The notes beneath the pieces are model-generated. The model had not been told where the DNA came from and made no database searches. It saw only the letters and a program-made list of their open reading frames with translations. From Rhodoferax sp. (GTDB taxonomy: Bacteria; Pseudomonadota; Gammaproteobacteria; Burkholderiales; Burkholderiaceae_C): a stretch of 51,457 bases of DNA. A program made the translations under genes and the position numbers. The DNA is taken from positions 1 through 51,457 of the forward strand of contig JANOVW010000050.1 of NCBI GenBank assembly GCA_031417575.1. Reading direction: 5' to 3'. Position 1 is the stretch's first letter; each line of letters starts with the position of its first letter. Positions 30,780 to 38,652 of the stretch are shown piece by piece.

Positions 30780-31250
30780 ATGACAAAACATAACTGGGCG
30801 ATGCGCAAGGCCGCACTGGCATGTGCCCTGGGTGCCACCCTGGCAATGCCGCCCATGCAGGCGCAAGCTCAGGTGAACTTCAGCATCACCATTGGCCCTC
30901 CGGCGCTGCTGTATGAACCCGTGCCCATGATGGCACCGGGCTACATTTGGGCACCAGGCTATTGGGCTTGGCATGATGATCGACACATTTGGGTTCGGGG
31001 CCGCACCATCATTCAACGCACCGGTTACCGCTGGGAACCTGATCGCTGGGAGCAGCAAGGCCCCCGGTACGTGCAAAGGCCTGGGCGTTGGGAGCGTGAA
31101 TATGAGCAGCGCCCACTCAACCACGGCCAAGCCAAAAAGTACGACCGCAACGAGATGCATTCCAACGAAAGAAACAACGGCAAGGACAAGGATAAAAACA
31201 AGACCAAGGACAAAGGCAATAACGGCAAGGGTCAGGGTGACCGCAAATGA
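30780..31250 (+). CDS. YXWGXW-repeat secreted protein with Lys/Asn/Asp-rich tail
   Basis: Signal peptide, then GYIWAPGYWAW, RWEPDRWE and RPGRWE Trp repeats. GAGGAG RBS. Confidence 0.8.
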   Translation: MTKHNWAMRKAALACALGATLAMPPMQAQAQVNFSITIGPPALLYEPVPMMAPGYIWAPGYWAWHDDRHIWVRGRTIIQRTGYRWEPDRWEQQGPRYVQRPGRWEREYEQRPLNHGQAKKYDRNEMHSNERNNGKDKDKNKTKDKGNNGKGQGDRK

Positions 31251-31495
31251 AGCCTGTCCGCCTTGGCCTCTACAGCAGTGGCAGGCCGACAGACAGCCGA
31301 CGCCATTGCCCACTGTGCGGCGCGACCCTGGTGCGTACACCGCGGCGCTTGATCGACCGCTTGTTCAGCCGGTTCATGCCGATGCTGCGCTACCGGTGCG
31401 AGCGATTCTTGTGCCAATGGCAGGGCAATATGCGCCTGGGCCCGATGGAAGAGGCCTCAGACACCATCACATCCCTGCCCTCGCGCGGGTCTTGA
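31247..31495 (+). CDS. small Cys-rich (zinc-ribbon-like) protein
   Basis: ATGA-coupled to the upstream gene. Has a CPLCG..RYRC..C.W.G four-Cys pattern. Confidence 0.5.
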   Translation: MKPVRLGLYSSGRPTDSRRHCPLCGATLVRTPRRLIDRLFSRFMPMLRYRCERFLCQWQGNMRLGPMEEASDTITSLPSRGS

Positions 31496-31512
31496 GCGTC
31501 GGCCCCGCCCAC

Positions 31513-31543
31513 AAAAAAAGGGCCGACTGCGTCGGCCCTTTTT
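31513..31543. terminator. bidirectional intrinsic terminator
   Basis: The sequence aaaaaaa-gggccgac-tgc-gtcggccc-ttttt lies between convergent genes. Confidence 0.85.
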
Positions 31544-31572
31544 AATTGAAGGGCAACCCATGCCCCAAAAAT

Positions 31573-32136
31573 TCAGGTCTTGCCAAACCGGCTTTTGGCG
31601 TTGGTGATGCAATCGGCTTTGGCGGCACCGGCCAACATTTCGCATTGCTCAGCTGCTACCTTGTAATCCGCATCGAGCTTCTTTTGTTTGCCTTCAGCGG
31701 TGGTGCTGTTGATCGCGCCCGTGCTGCGCACATCCACCAGCGCTTTGACCATCACCGCTTTGGCTTCTTTGCGGCAAACCGACTTGTCGTTACCGGCCAT
31801 GTCGTCACAGCGTTCTTTGGCTACTTCATACGTGGTGTTGGCCTTGGCTTCGCCCACCTTGGTCAGGTCTTTTGGTTTTTCGCTAAAGCTGTATTGCAGC
31901 TCGGCCCGCGCCACCGTGGCTTTGCCTTTGGCTTCCTCTTTGCAGATATCACGGGCATTGCCAGCCAATACCTTGCAAGCAGCTTGGTCTGCCTTATAGG
32001 TGGTGGCAACACGTTCCTTGCCCATTTTGAGTTCGTCCTTGCTGATCGCGGCCGCATACACGGGCGCAAAAAACAGGGGCAATGTCAGCGCGGCAGCAGC
32101 GATGCTGGATACGCGAAAAGTGAATTTGGAGGTCAT
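31573..32136 (-). CDS. periplasmic protein with three Cys-pair repeats (unknown function)
   Basis: Signal peptide, then three copies of Y.(V/A)A...C..(L/M)AG..(K/R)..C...AK. Confidence 0.7.
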   Translation of the reverse strand: MTSKFTFRVSSIAAAALTLPLFFAPVYAAAISKDELKMGKERVATTYKADQAACKVLAGNARDICKEEAKGKATVARAELQYSFSEKPKDLTKVGEAKANTTYEVAKERCDDMAGNDKSVCRKEAKAVMVKALVDVRSTGAINSTTAEGKQKKLDADYKVAAEQCEMLAGAAKADCITNAKSRFGKT

Positions 32137-32180
32137 ATAAGTCCTTGGTTTGGTTGAAAAAGCGGAAAGAGGAAAAGAAA

Positions 32181-33002
32181 TCAGGCGCGGGGTTCGCCCT
32201 GGCGATTTACGGTGATGGTGGAGCCGGGTGGCGTTGTCATTTGCAGCCGGTGCTCCACGCCCCGAAAGCTGTAACTCACGTCATACAACTCAGGCCGCGC
32301 CTGGCTGGGCACTTCCCGGCAGCGCTGAACACTTTGGGTGGCCATGGGCTGGGAATATCCATCCCGGCCAACCTGGGCACCAATGGCGCCCCCGGCAATC
32401 GCACCACCCACAGTGGCCAGGTCATTGTTACGGCCACTCCCGACTTGGTGCCCCAGAATGCCGCCAATCAGCGCGCCCACTACTGCACCCGGAACATTGG
32501 AGTTGTATGGTGATGGTGATGGCGCCGAAACCTGCTCGCGTTCCACCCAGCAGCGTTGTTCCGGCGGGCCAACCACGGCACGCACCGAGGTGACGTCGGC
32601 TTCAAAAAGGCGTTCATTGCGGCGGCGGCGGTTGTCATACACCGGGGCTGCTGGCGGTGCATATCGGTCGCTGTCAACCCTGGCGTTGCCATTCACCGCC
32701 CGCATGGATGAAACCCGGTCATTCAGGCCCATGGCCGCCAATGAAGGGTAGCGCCCTGGGCGCAACACCACACACTGGCCATGGAAATCCGCGTGCTCGC
32801 ATACTTCCCAGCGGTTCTGCAAAACAATCATGGAAGAAGAGCGGTCGTTAAAGCCGTAACTGCCCAGGTTTCGGACGTTCTGACCGCTGTTGAAGGAACG
32901 GCCCTGAAAATTCGGCTCTTCATAAAAGGTAACCTGGGCGCTAGCCTGGCCCGCCAGGGCGATGGCGGCACAGGCCAGGGCACCGCGCAGAAGTGTTTTC
33001 AT
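32181..33002 (-). CDS. beta/gamma-crystallin domain + glycine-zipper (Rick_17kDa-like) outer-envelope protein
   Basis: Signal peptide at ATG 33002. Two Greek-key motifs (FYEEPNFQGRS..; VCEHADFHGQC..RVSS). C-terminal GAVVGALIGGILGHQVGSG..GGAIAGGAIGAQVG. Confidence 0.8.
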   Translation of the reverse strand: MKTLLRGALACAAIALAGQASAQVTFYEEPNFQGRSFNSGQNVRNLGSYGFNDRSSSMIVLQNRWEVCEHADFHGQCVVLRPGRYPSLAAMGLNDRVSSMRAVNGNARVDSDRYAPPAAPVYDNRRRRNERLFEADVTSVRAVVGPPEQRCWVEREQVSAPSPSPYNSNVPGAVVGALIGGILGHQVGSGRNNDLATVGGAIAGGAIGAQVGRDGYSQPMATQSVQRCREVPSQARPELYDVSYSFRGVEHRLQMTTPPGSTITVNRQGEPRA

Positions 33003-33036
33003 GGGAATCCTTGAAGACGGTTGATAAACATCGCCC

Positions 33037-33042
33037 AGTATC
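33037..33042 (-). promoter_or_regulatory. -10-like box GATACT (crystallin/glycine-zipper operon)
   Basis: Lies exactly 45 nt from operator site 1. It is followed after 10 nt by ATCAAC, as at two other island promoters. Confidence 0.4.
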
Positions 33043-33087
33043 AGGATTACCCGTCGCCACGACCAGCAGACAAGCGCCTGATGGGCC

Positions 33088-33103
33088 GTAGTAGCTGTCC
33101 TAC
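33088..33103. promoter_or_regulatory. 7-2-7 operator site 1 (GTAGTAG-CT-GTCCTAC)
   Basis: Member of the GTCCTAC heptad family. The variant is identical to site 5 (GTAGTAG-NT-GTCCTACACA). Confidence 0.5.
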
Positions 33104-33118
33104 ACACGGATGGCTCAC

Positions 33119-33140
33119 CGCGTAGGACGTGTCCTACGCG
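33119..33140. promoter_or_regulatory. 7-2-7 operator site 2, perfect 10-2-10 palindrome CGCGTAGGAC-GT-GTCCTACGCG
   Basis: Perfect inverted repeat. Lies 45 nt upstream of CATACT (33183-33188) and ~106 nt upstream of the orphan receiver ATG. Confidence 0.55.
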
Positions 33141-33182
33141 CACGCGGGTAAGAAACCGATTTCGCGCGGCAGCGTTCATGGG

Positions 33183-33188
33183 CATACT
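33183..33188 (+). promoter_or_regulatory. -10-like box CATACT (orphan receiver gene)
   Basis: Lies exactly 45 nt downstream of the heptad pair of site 2. Confidence 0.4.
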
Positions 33189-33245
33189 GTCTGCATGCAT
33201 TCCGTGCCACGTTTTCTGCTGGGCGGCCCCCTCAACACCTATCCC

Positions 33246-33650
33246 ATGCTCAAGACTTACCTCGTTGAAGACAGCCCGGTGATCCGCGAAAGCCTGATCA
33301 TCACCTTGGAAGAGCTCAGCGAAGTCAAGGTAATCGGTACGGCCGAAGACGAACACAACGCTGTGGCGTGGCTGTCAGACCCGGGTAATGTGGTGGATCT
33401 GGTGATCATCGACATTTTTCTCAAGGGCGGTTCCGGGCTGGGTGTGCTCAGAAGCATCCACCAGTTGGCCCTTCGGTACCATTTGGTTGTGCTCACCAAC
33501 TACGCTACTGAAGATATGCGCCAACGATGCCTTGCGTTAGGTGCCAGCCGGGTATTTGACAAATCGAATGACATCGACGCCTTGATTGCCTACTGTGACA
33601 AACTGTCAGGCGACAACCCTGACACCACAAGGCCAGGTTGGCTTCAATGA
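33246..33650 (+). CDS. single-domain (CheY-like) response-regulator receiver
   Basis: Has the VEDS acidic pocket, the IIDIFL phospho-Asp, and LTNY and FDKS motifs. No output domain. Confidence 0.85.
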   Translation: MLKTYLVEDSPVIRESLIITLEELSEVKVIGTAEDEHNAVAWLSDPGNVVDLVIIDIFLKGGSGLGVLRSIHQLALRYHLVVLTNYATEDMRQRCLALGASRVFDKSNDIDALIAYCDKLSGDNPDTTRPGWLQ

Positions 33651-33689
33651 ACGCAGCTTCCGGCGTTCGATCGTTGAATCAGGCTGGCG

Positions 33690-34325
33690 TTACTGAATCA
33701 GCCCGTTCTTCATGGCGTAATACGTCAAATCGCTGTTGGATTCGAGTTTTGTCTTCTCCAGCACACGGGTGCGGTACGTACTGACAGTTTTGACACTGAG
33801 TGACATGCTCACCGCCATATGCCCAATCGTTTCACCTTTCGCCAGCCGCAAGAACACCTGGAATTCCCGCTCCGAGAGCAGTTCGTGGGGCAGTTTGTCA
33901 GCGCCGCCGCTGACCATCGTGTCGGCTATTTGCTCAGCCACCCCAGCAGTGATGTATTTGCGGCCCCGGTGCACGGTGCGTATGGCGGCCACGATTTCCT
34001 GGGGGTCGCAGTCTTTGTTCAGGTAGCCGCTGGCTCCCTGGCGCAGCAAGGTGGTGGCGTAATGCGCTTCGGGGAAACCGCTCAAGATCAGCACCGGCAA
34101 ATCAGGTGCCCGCGCCTTGATGGCGGCCAGCGCGTCAACACCACTTTGGTCGGGCATCGAGATGTCCATCACGATCACGTCCACGTCGCCTTTGCGCACA
34201 ATATCGACCGCCTGGCGGCCCGTAGTGGCCTCTGCCACCACCTGAAAATCAATCTGGTCGGAAAAAAATTGCCGCAGGCCCGCACGCACCATGGCGTGGT
34301 CGTCAACGATGGCAATGCGGATCAT
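33690..34325 (-). CDS. NarL/FixJ-family response regulator (receiver + LuxR/GerE HTH)
   Basis: IAIVDDH.., VIVMDISMPD, and a C-terminal LSEREFQVFLRLAKGETIGHMAVSMSLSVKTVSTYR HTH. Confidence 0.92.
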   Translation of the reverse strand: MIRIAIVDDHAMVRAGLRQFFSDQIDFQVVAEATTGRQAVDIVRKGDVDVIVMDISMPDQSGVDALAAIKARAPDLPVLILSGFPEAHYATTLLRQGASGYLNKDCDPQEIVAAIRTVHRGRKYITAGVAEQIADTMVSGGADKLPHELLSEREFQVFLRLAKGETIGHMAVSMSLSVKTVSTYRTRVLEKTKLESNSDLTYYAMKNGLIQ

Positions 34326-34381
34326 GAAACAAAGCGGTTAGTCATGCCGAATGATTACACACTTCTTGGGCAGGCCTGAAA

Positions 34382-35728
34382 ATGGATTTGGTCAACACCC
34401 TCAAAACCAACCGCGTTGTGGTGCCAATGGCATTTTTGGCGGCACTGTTGATGTTGCTGTTGAGTGAAACCGCGTATTGGCGGGCGCAAAACGCCTTGAA
34501 CAGCTTGGTGACCGTGCAGAATGACCGAAGTAGCATTCTGCAACTGACGGAAAGCGTTCTCAAGGTCGAGTCGGGGCAGCTCGGCTATATCCTCACGGGC
34601 GATTTGCGCTTGCTTGAAAACCAGAACGAAAACAAAGCCGCCATTGCCGAAATTTTTCCGAAATTGGCGACCACTTTTGCCGATAACCCTGAGTTGCTGG
34701 CGGCACTGAACAAAATGCGATTGACGGTTGGCAACCGGCAAGCAACCCTGGCGGAAGGTATACGGCTCAAAAGCGAGCGTGGTTCACAGGCGTCGACAGA
34801 TGCCATCCTGCAAACCATTCAATCCATGCCCTTAGCCCAGTCACTGGACGACGAATTGATGGCGCTGGAACTACCTGGGCGCGTGCAGCGACGCGAAGCA
34901 GTCTACAGCGCGCTGGTGCTGAATCGTTTGGGCGTGGCGTTGCTCACAACCATCAGCCTTATGGCCCTGCTGCTCTACCTGCGGCAAACCCATGTGCTCG
35001 GACTGCAGCAAAAGGAGCTCAAGCAGATCGAACAACAAGTGCGGGTCGACCTGGAAGCCGAAGTTGCCCTGCGAACAGCTGAGCTCACCGACTTATCACG
35101 ATATCTGCTGAATGCCCGCGAAGACGAGCGCAACCGCCTGGCCCGCAACCTGCACGATGATCTGGGCGCTTTGTTGACCTCCGCCAAACTGGACGCGGCC
35201 CGTATCAAGGCGCGGCTGACCAAGACAGCACCCGATGAGCTCGAGTTGCTGAGCCACCTGGTGGCCTCGCTCAACGCCTGCGTTGCAATGGGGCGCAACA
35301 TTATTGAAAACCTGCGCCCTTCTGCGCTGAGTAACCTGGGCCTGGTGTCAACACTGGAAATACTGACCCGCGAGTTTACGGAAAACACCGGCGTTCCGGT
35401 GCAATGCCAACTCAGCCCGGTGGCATTGAGCCCCAACGCCGAACTCATGCTTTACCGCGTGGTGCAAGAGGCACTGACCAACATTTCCAAATACGCCAAC
35501 GCCACGCAGGTCTGGGTTAGCCTGGGTAGCCAAAATGGCCAGGTCAGCCTGGCAGTCCGCGACAACGGGCAAGGTTTCAATACCATAACCAAGGTTGGCA
35601 CAGCCTATGGCTTGCTGGGCATGCGCTTTCGGGTGGAGGCCGAAGGGGGCCACCTGACGGTAGTTTCCCACCCCGGCAGCGGTACACAAATTCTGGCCAC
35701 GCTGAAGGTAAGCACAGCCCAGCCCTGA
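34382..35728 (+). CDS. CHASE3-domain sensor histidine kinase (HisKA_3 type)
   Basis: TM helix, CHASE3-like periplasmic domain, second TM helix, H-box ARNLHDDLGALL, and an HATPase domain. Divergent from the NarL-type regulator. Confidence 0.88.
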   Translation: MDLVNTLKTNRVVVPMAFLAALLMLLLSETAYWRAQNALNSLVTVQNDRSSILQLTESVLKVESGQLGYILTGDLRLLENQNENKAAIAEIFPKLATTFADNPELLAALNKMRLTVGNRQATLAEGIRLKSERGSQASTDAILQTIQSMPLAQSLDDELMALELPGRVQRREAVYSALVLNRLGVALLTTISLMALLLYLRQTHVLGLQQKELKQIEQQVRVDLEAEVALRTAELTDLSRYLLNAREDERNRLARNLHDDLGALLTSAKLDAARIKARLTKTAPDELELLSHLVASLNACVAMGRNIIENLRPSALSNLGLVSTLEILTREFTENTGVPVQCQLSPVALSPNAELMLYRVVQEALTNISKYANATQVWVSLGSQNGQVSLAVRDNGQGFNTITKVGTAYGLLGMRFRVEAEGGHLTVVSHPGSGTQILATLKVSTAQP

Positions 35729-35775
35729 ATCAAGCCTTCACCTGGCTAGAAGTAGCTGGTCGTGGCGCCTGGCCT

Positions 35776-35791
35776 GTCGGCCAAGTCCTAC
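35776..35791. promoter_or_regulatory. 7-2-7 operator site 3 (GTCGGCC-AA-GTCCTAC)
   Basis: The right heptad is exact and the left arm matches 5/7. Lies upstream of the DUF883 operon, with GATACTGGG at 35860. Confidence 0.4.
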
Positions 35792-35859
35792 AGCTGCGCG
35801 TCGGCTTCACCCACACATTTGCAGCCATCACACTGATGGATGCGCATCGCAGTCCCGCA

Positions 35860-35865
35860 GATACT
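35860..35865 (+). promoter_or_regulatory. -10-like box GATACT (DUF883 operon)
   Basis: GATACTGGG-N..-ATCAA uses the same phasing as the two glycine-zipper promoters. Confidence 0.35.
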
Positions 35866-35957
35866 GGGTTCACCCCATCAAAGCGGTCTCTGTACTCAAG
35901 CTTTCAGCCAGACTGCAATTCAATGGCCAAACCCGTCTTTATCCTGAAGGAAATCAT

Positions 35958-36338
35958 ATGTCTACCACCCCCATCGCACAAACCATCGACAGCCTCGCCG
36001 ACAAGGCAACCGGCTCGGCTGACAACGCCATGTTTGCGACCCAGCACGCGGCCAATGGAGCCTTGAACATGCTGGCCGACAAGGTATTGGAAATTCGCAA
36101 TCAAGCGGAGCCAATGCTGGCAAACGCCAATGGTCAAGCCAAAGATTATTTGCATCAGGGCATTGATTCCGTCCGCCATGCATCCCAACAACTCGCTGGG
36201 GCCGCTTTACATGCACGCGACGGCGCAACCAGCTATGTGAAGGAAGAGCCGCTCAAGGCCATACTGATCGCAGCGGCAACAGGTGCCGCCCTGATGGCAT
36301 TGGTCAGCCTGATCAGCCAGTCGCACCGCAAGGCTTAA
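35958..36338 (+). CDS. DUF883 (ElaB/YqjD/YgaM-family) membrane-anchored stress protein
   Basis: Ala/Gln-rich helical body, then EEPLKAILIAAATGAALMALV as a C-terminal anchor. GAAGGA RBS. Confidence 0.88.
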   Translation: MSTTPIAQTIDSLADKATGSADNAMFATQHAANGALNMLADKVLEIRNQAEPMLANANGQAKDYLHQGIDSVRHASQQLAGAALHARDGATSYVKEEPLKAILIAAATGAALMALVSLISQSHRKA

Positions 36339-36344
36339 CCCCCA

Positions 36345-36776
36345 GTGCCACTGGTTCTGCCATTTTTAACCCTTTTGCCACCTCCAATGCCATCCCAACA
36401 ATCACCGGCTTTGGTTGCCATGCTTCAACTACTGGCAAGTCACCCAGGCCTGTTGGTGGATCACGCGCAGGCTTATGCAGGGCTTCTCGCCAGCGAAGCG
36501 CAAATGGCCGCCCAACGCTGCAAGCGCCAGACCATTTTGCTGGTGGTGGCGATTGCCAGCTTCTGCGTAGCCGCGGTGTTGCTTGGTGTTGCCTGGATGT
36601 TATTTGCCTTGGGCACACCACTCTGGGCCTTGTTGTCCGCACCACTGCCCGCCTTGCTGGTGGGTGGTGGTTGCCTGCTCATGGCAAGCCGGCCGATGCC
36701 CGCGCCACCTTTTTCCGAGATTAAACGCCAGTGGGCAGACGACCTGGCCATGTTGCAGGAAACAATGACACCATGA
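36345..36776 (+). CDS. YqjE-like / holin-X family membrane protein
   Basis: Two TM helices and a position after DUF883, as in E. coli yqjD-yqjE-yqjK. The start is GTG 36345 or ATG 36387. Confidence 0.7.
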   Translation: MPLVLPFLTLLPPPMPSQQSPALVAMLQLLASHPGLLVDHAQAYAGLLASEAQMAAQRCKRQTILLVVAIASFCVAAVLLGVAWMLFALGTPLWALLSAPLPALLVGGGCLLMASRPMPAPPFSEIKRQWADDLAMLQETMTP

Positions 36777-37255
36777 CCGACCCGAGCACTGCCGCCAGTC
36801 TGGCCAACGAACGTCTGGCCCGTTCGCGCGACAGCCTGCGTCAGGCGATCCGCGCCGACAGGGTGCCGGCAACTCCCGATGTGGGCACGCCAAACTGGTT
36901 CAAGGGGTTCGATGGCCTGAAGGCCCTGCCGGGTTTTGATGCCCTGCTGACAGCACTGCGCATTGGGTGGCTGCAGCCGCTGCGACAGGCGGGCGTGACG
37001 TTGTCCGATGTGGCAACACCATTGCTCAAGCCGTTGGCGCAACGTTACCCCCTGGCTTTGGCCTTGGGTGGCGTCGCCATCGGTGCGATATTGGTGAAAC
37101 TCAAACCCTGGCGCTGGCTACCAGCTGCAGCCATCGTATCGAGCCTGGCACCTCAAGCCCTAGGCAAAATAGTGAGCGCTCTCCCCGTGCAATCGTGGTT
37201 GGTCTCGGCGGTGCGCTCCATCAGGGTCAAGAACCAGAACAAACCGCGGGTCTGA
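36773..37255 (+). CDS. YqjK-like protein
   Basis: ATGA-coupled to the previous gene. Has the ERLARSRDSLRQAI motif and a C-terminal hydrophobic segment. Confidence 0.65.
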   Translation: MTDPSTAASLANERLARSRDSLRQAIRADRVPATPDVGTPNWFKGFDGLKALPGFDALLTALRIGWLQPLRQAGVTLSDVATPLLKPLAQRYPLALALGGVAIGAILVKLKPWRWLPAAAIVSSLAPQALGKIVSALPVQSWLVSAVRSIRVKNQNKPRV

Positions 37256-37264
37256 GACCCGCCC

Positions 37265-38236
37265 TCACTTCACCTCCAAAAAAGCACAGCCCGAGCCCTT
37301 GCGTTTGGCTTGGTACATGGCCCGATCAGCCTGTTTGAGCAACACTGCACCGGTGTGGCCATCATCAGGCCACACCGCGATGCCAATGCTGGGGCGAACC
37401 ACCAAAGCCAGTTCACCGACAGGCAGGTCTGCTACTGCCTCAAAAATTTTGCGGGCTTGCTGGTAGACCTGGTCGCGGCCCGGAAACCCCGTCAGGAAGC
37501 AGCCAAATTCATCACCCCCCAAGCGACCCACCATATCGTTGGTTCGAACCGCTTGTTTAATCCGTCCGGCAACGATTTTTAGCACTTCATCGCCCTTGTC
37601 ATGACCATAGGTGTCGTTGATTTTCTTGAAACCGTCCAGATCCAGAAAAAACACAGCGAGTGCCGGGCGCGTTGGCGCCGGTTGTTCCTGCTGCTGCGCC
37701 TGTTCCATTGCCTGATCCAGGCATTGGCAAAAATGGTTGCGGTTGGGCAACGTCGTCAACCCATCATGGCGCGCCAAGTGGTGCGAACGCCGCTCCTGCG
37801 CACGGGTGCCCTGCAACTCAATGTGTTTGCGCGCCAAAGCAGCCTGCGCCAGTGACACTTCCTGTTTGAGATGTTGGCGCTTGGCCAATTCCTTGGAAAG
37901 TGATAGGTGCAGTTGATCCAGCGCGGCCACACAGTCCACCATGCCGGCCTGGATTTGATGAATACTTTGCTGGCGCATGGGCTCTGGCAAATCAGCCAGC
38001 GCATCGCCCGCCGTTGACAGCAGTCGGGCCTTGATGGCGTTCAGCAACAGGTCCCAGTCAGTCACGGGGATGTCTCCAGCCACACCCGATAAAGGCTGAA
38101 GGCGCAGGCGGGCACCACCGTTGCCATCGTACATGACAGCTTCTGCTCTTGGCTTGATGCCGTGGCTTGCGCCATTGGGCAAGGCCTGCAGGCCTGGGCC
38201 GGACTGCATGCTCTTCAGCATCTTGATGCTGCCCAA
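37265..38236 (-). CDS. GGDEF diguanylate cyclase with coiled-coil N-terminal domain
   Basis: GGDEFG active site and an RxxD-like region. The start is uncertain (TTG 38236, ATG 38221 or ATG 38209). The longest-ORF start lies 1 nt after the DUF3309 stop codon. Confidence 0.88.
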   Translation of the reverse strand: MGSIKMLKSMQSGPGLQALPNGASHGIKPRAEAVMYDGNGGARLRLQPLSGVAGDIPVTDWDLLLNAIKARLLSTAGDALADLPEPMRQQSIHQIQAGMVDCVAALDQLHLSLSKELAKRQHLKQEVSLAQAALARKHIELQGTRAQERRSHHLARHDGLTTLPNRNHFCQCLDQAMEQAQQQEQPAPTRPALAVFFLDLDGFKKINDTYGHDKGDEVLKIVAGRIKQAVRTNDMVGRLGGDEFGCFLTGFPGRDQVYQQARKIFEAVADLPVGELALVVRPSIGIAVWPDDGHTGAVLLKQADRAMYQAKRKGSGCAFLEVK

Positions 38237-38237
38237 C

Positions 38238-38396
38238 CTAGATACGACCCATCACCACCAAGATGATGAGGATGATCACCACCAAGCCCACACCTCCAGA
38301 GGGACCGTACCCCCATTTGCTGCTATGCGGCCAGGTGGGCAAAACGCCGATCAGCAACAGGATCAGGACAATTAAAAACAGGGTTCCGAGGCTCAT
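38238..38396 (-). CDS. DUF3309 small membrane protein
   Basis: MSLGTLFLIVLILLLIGVLPTWPHS..YGPSGGVGLVVIILIILVV. AAGGAG RBS. Confidence 0.8.
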   Translation of the reverse strand: MSLGTLFLIVLILLLIGVLPTWPHSSKWGYGPSGGVGLVVIILIILVVMGRI

Positions 38397-38652
38397 GATG
38401 TTCTCCTTGGTTGGATCAAAACGTGAACTGAAGCCCGCCGTTTTGGCGACATGACTCACTCCACACGATGATCGTAAACAAGCCCCAGCACGCATTCTGT
38501 TCGATACCGAACACAATAAAAAAAAGAGAGAAAAGCGGTTTGACAGTGATTGTTTGGAACCACAATCATCAACGGCAACCTGTGTGCGCCAACGCACAGC
38601 CCACCCACGCCTGCGCACAGCAAAATGAGCCCCCCTGATTTGGAGAAACACG

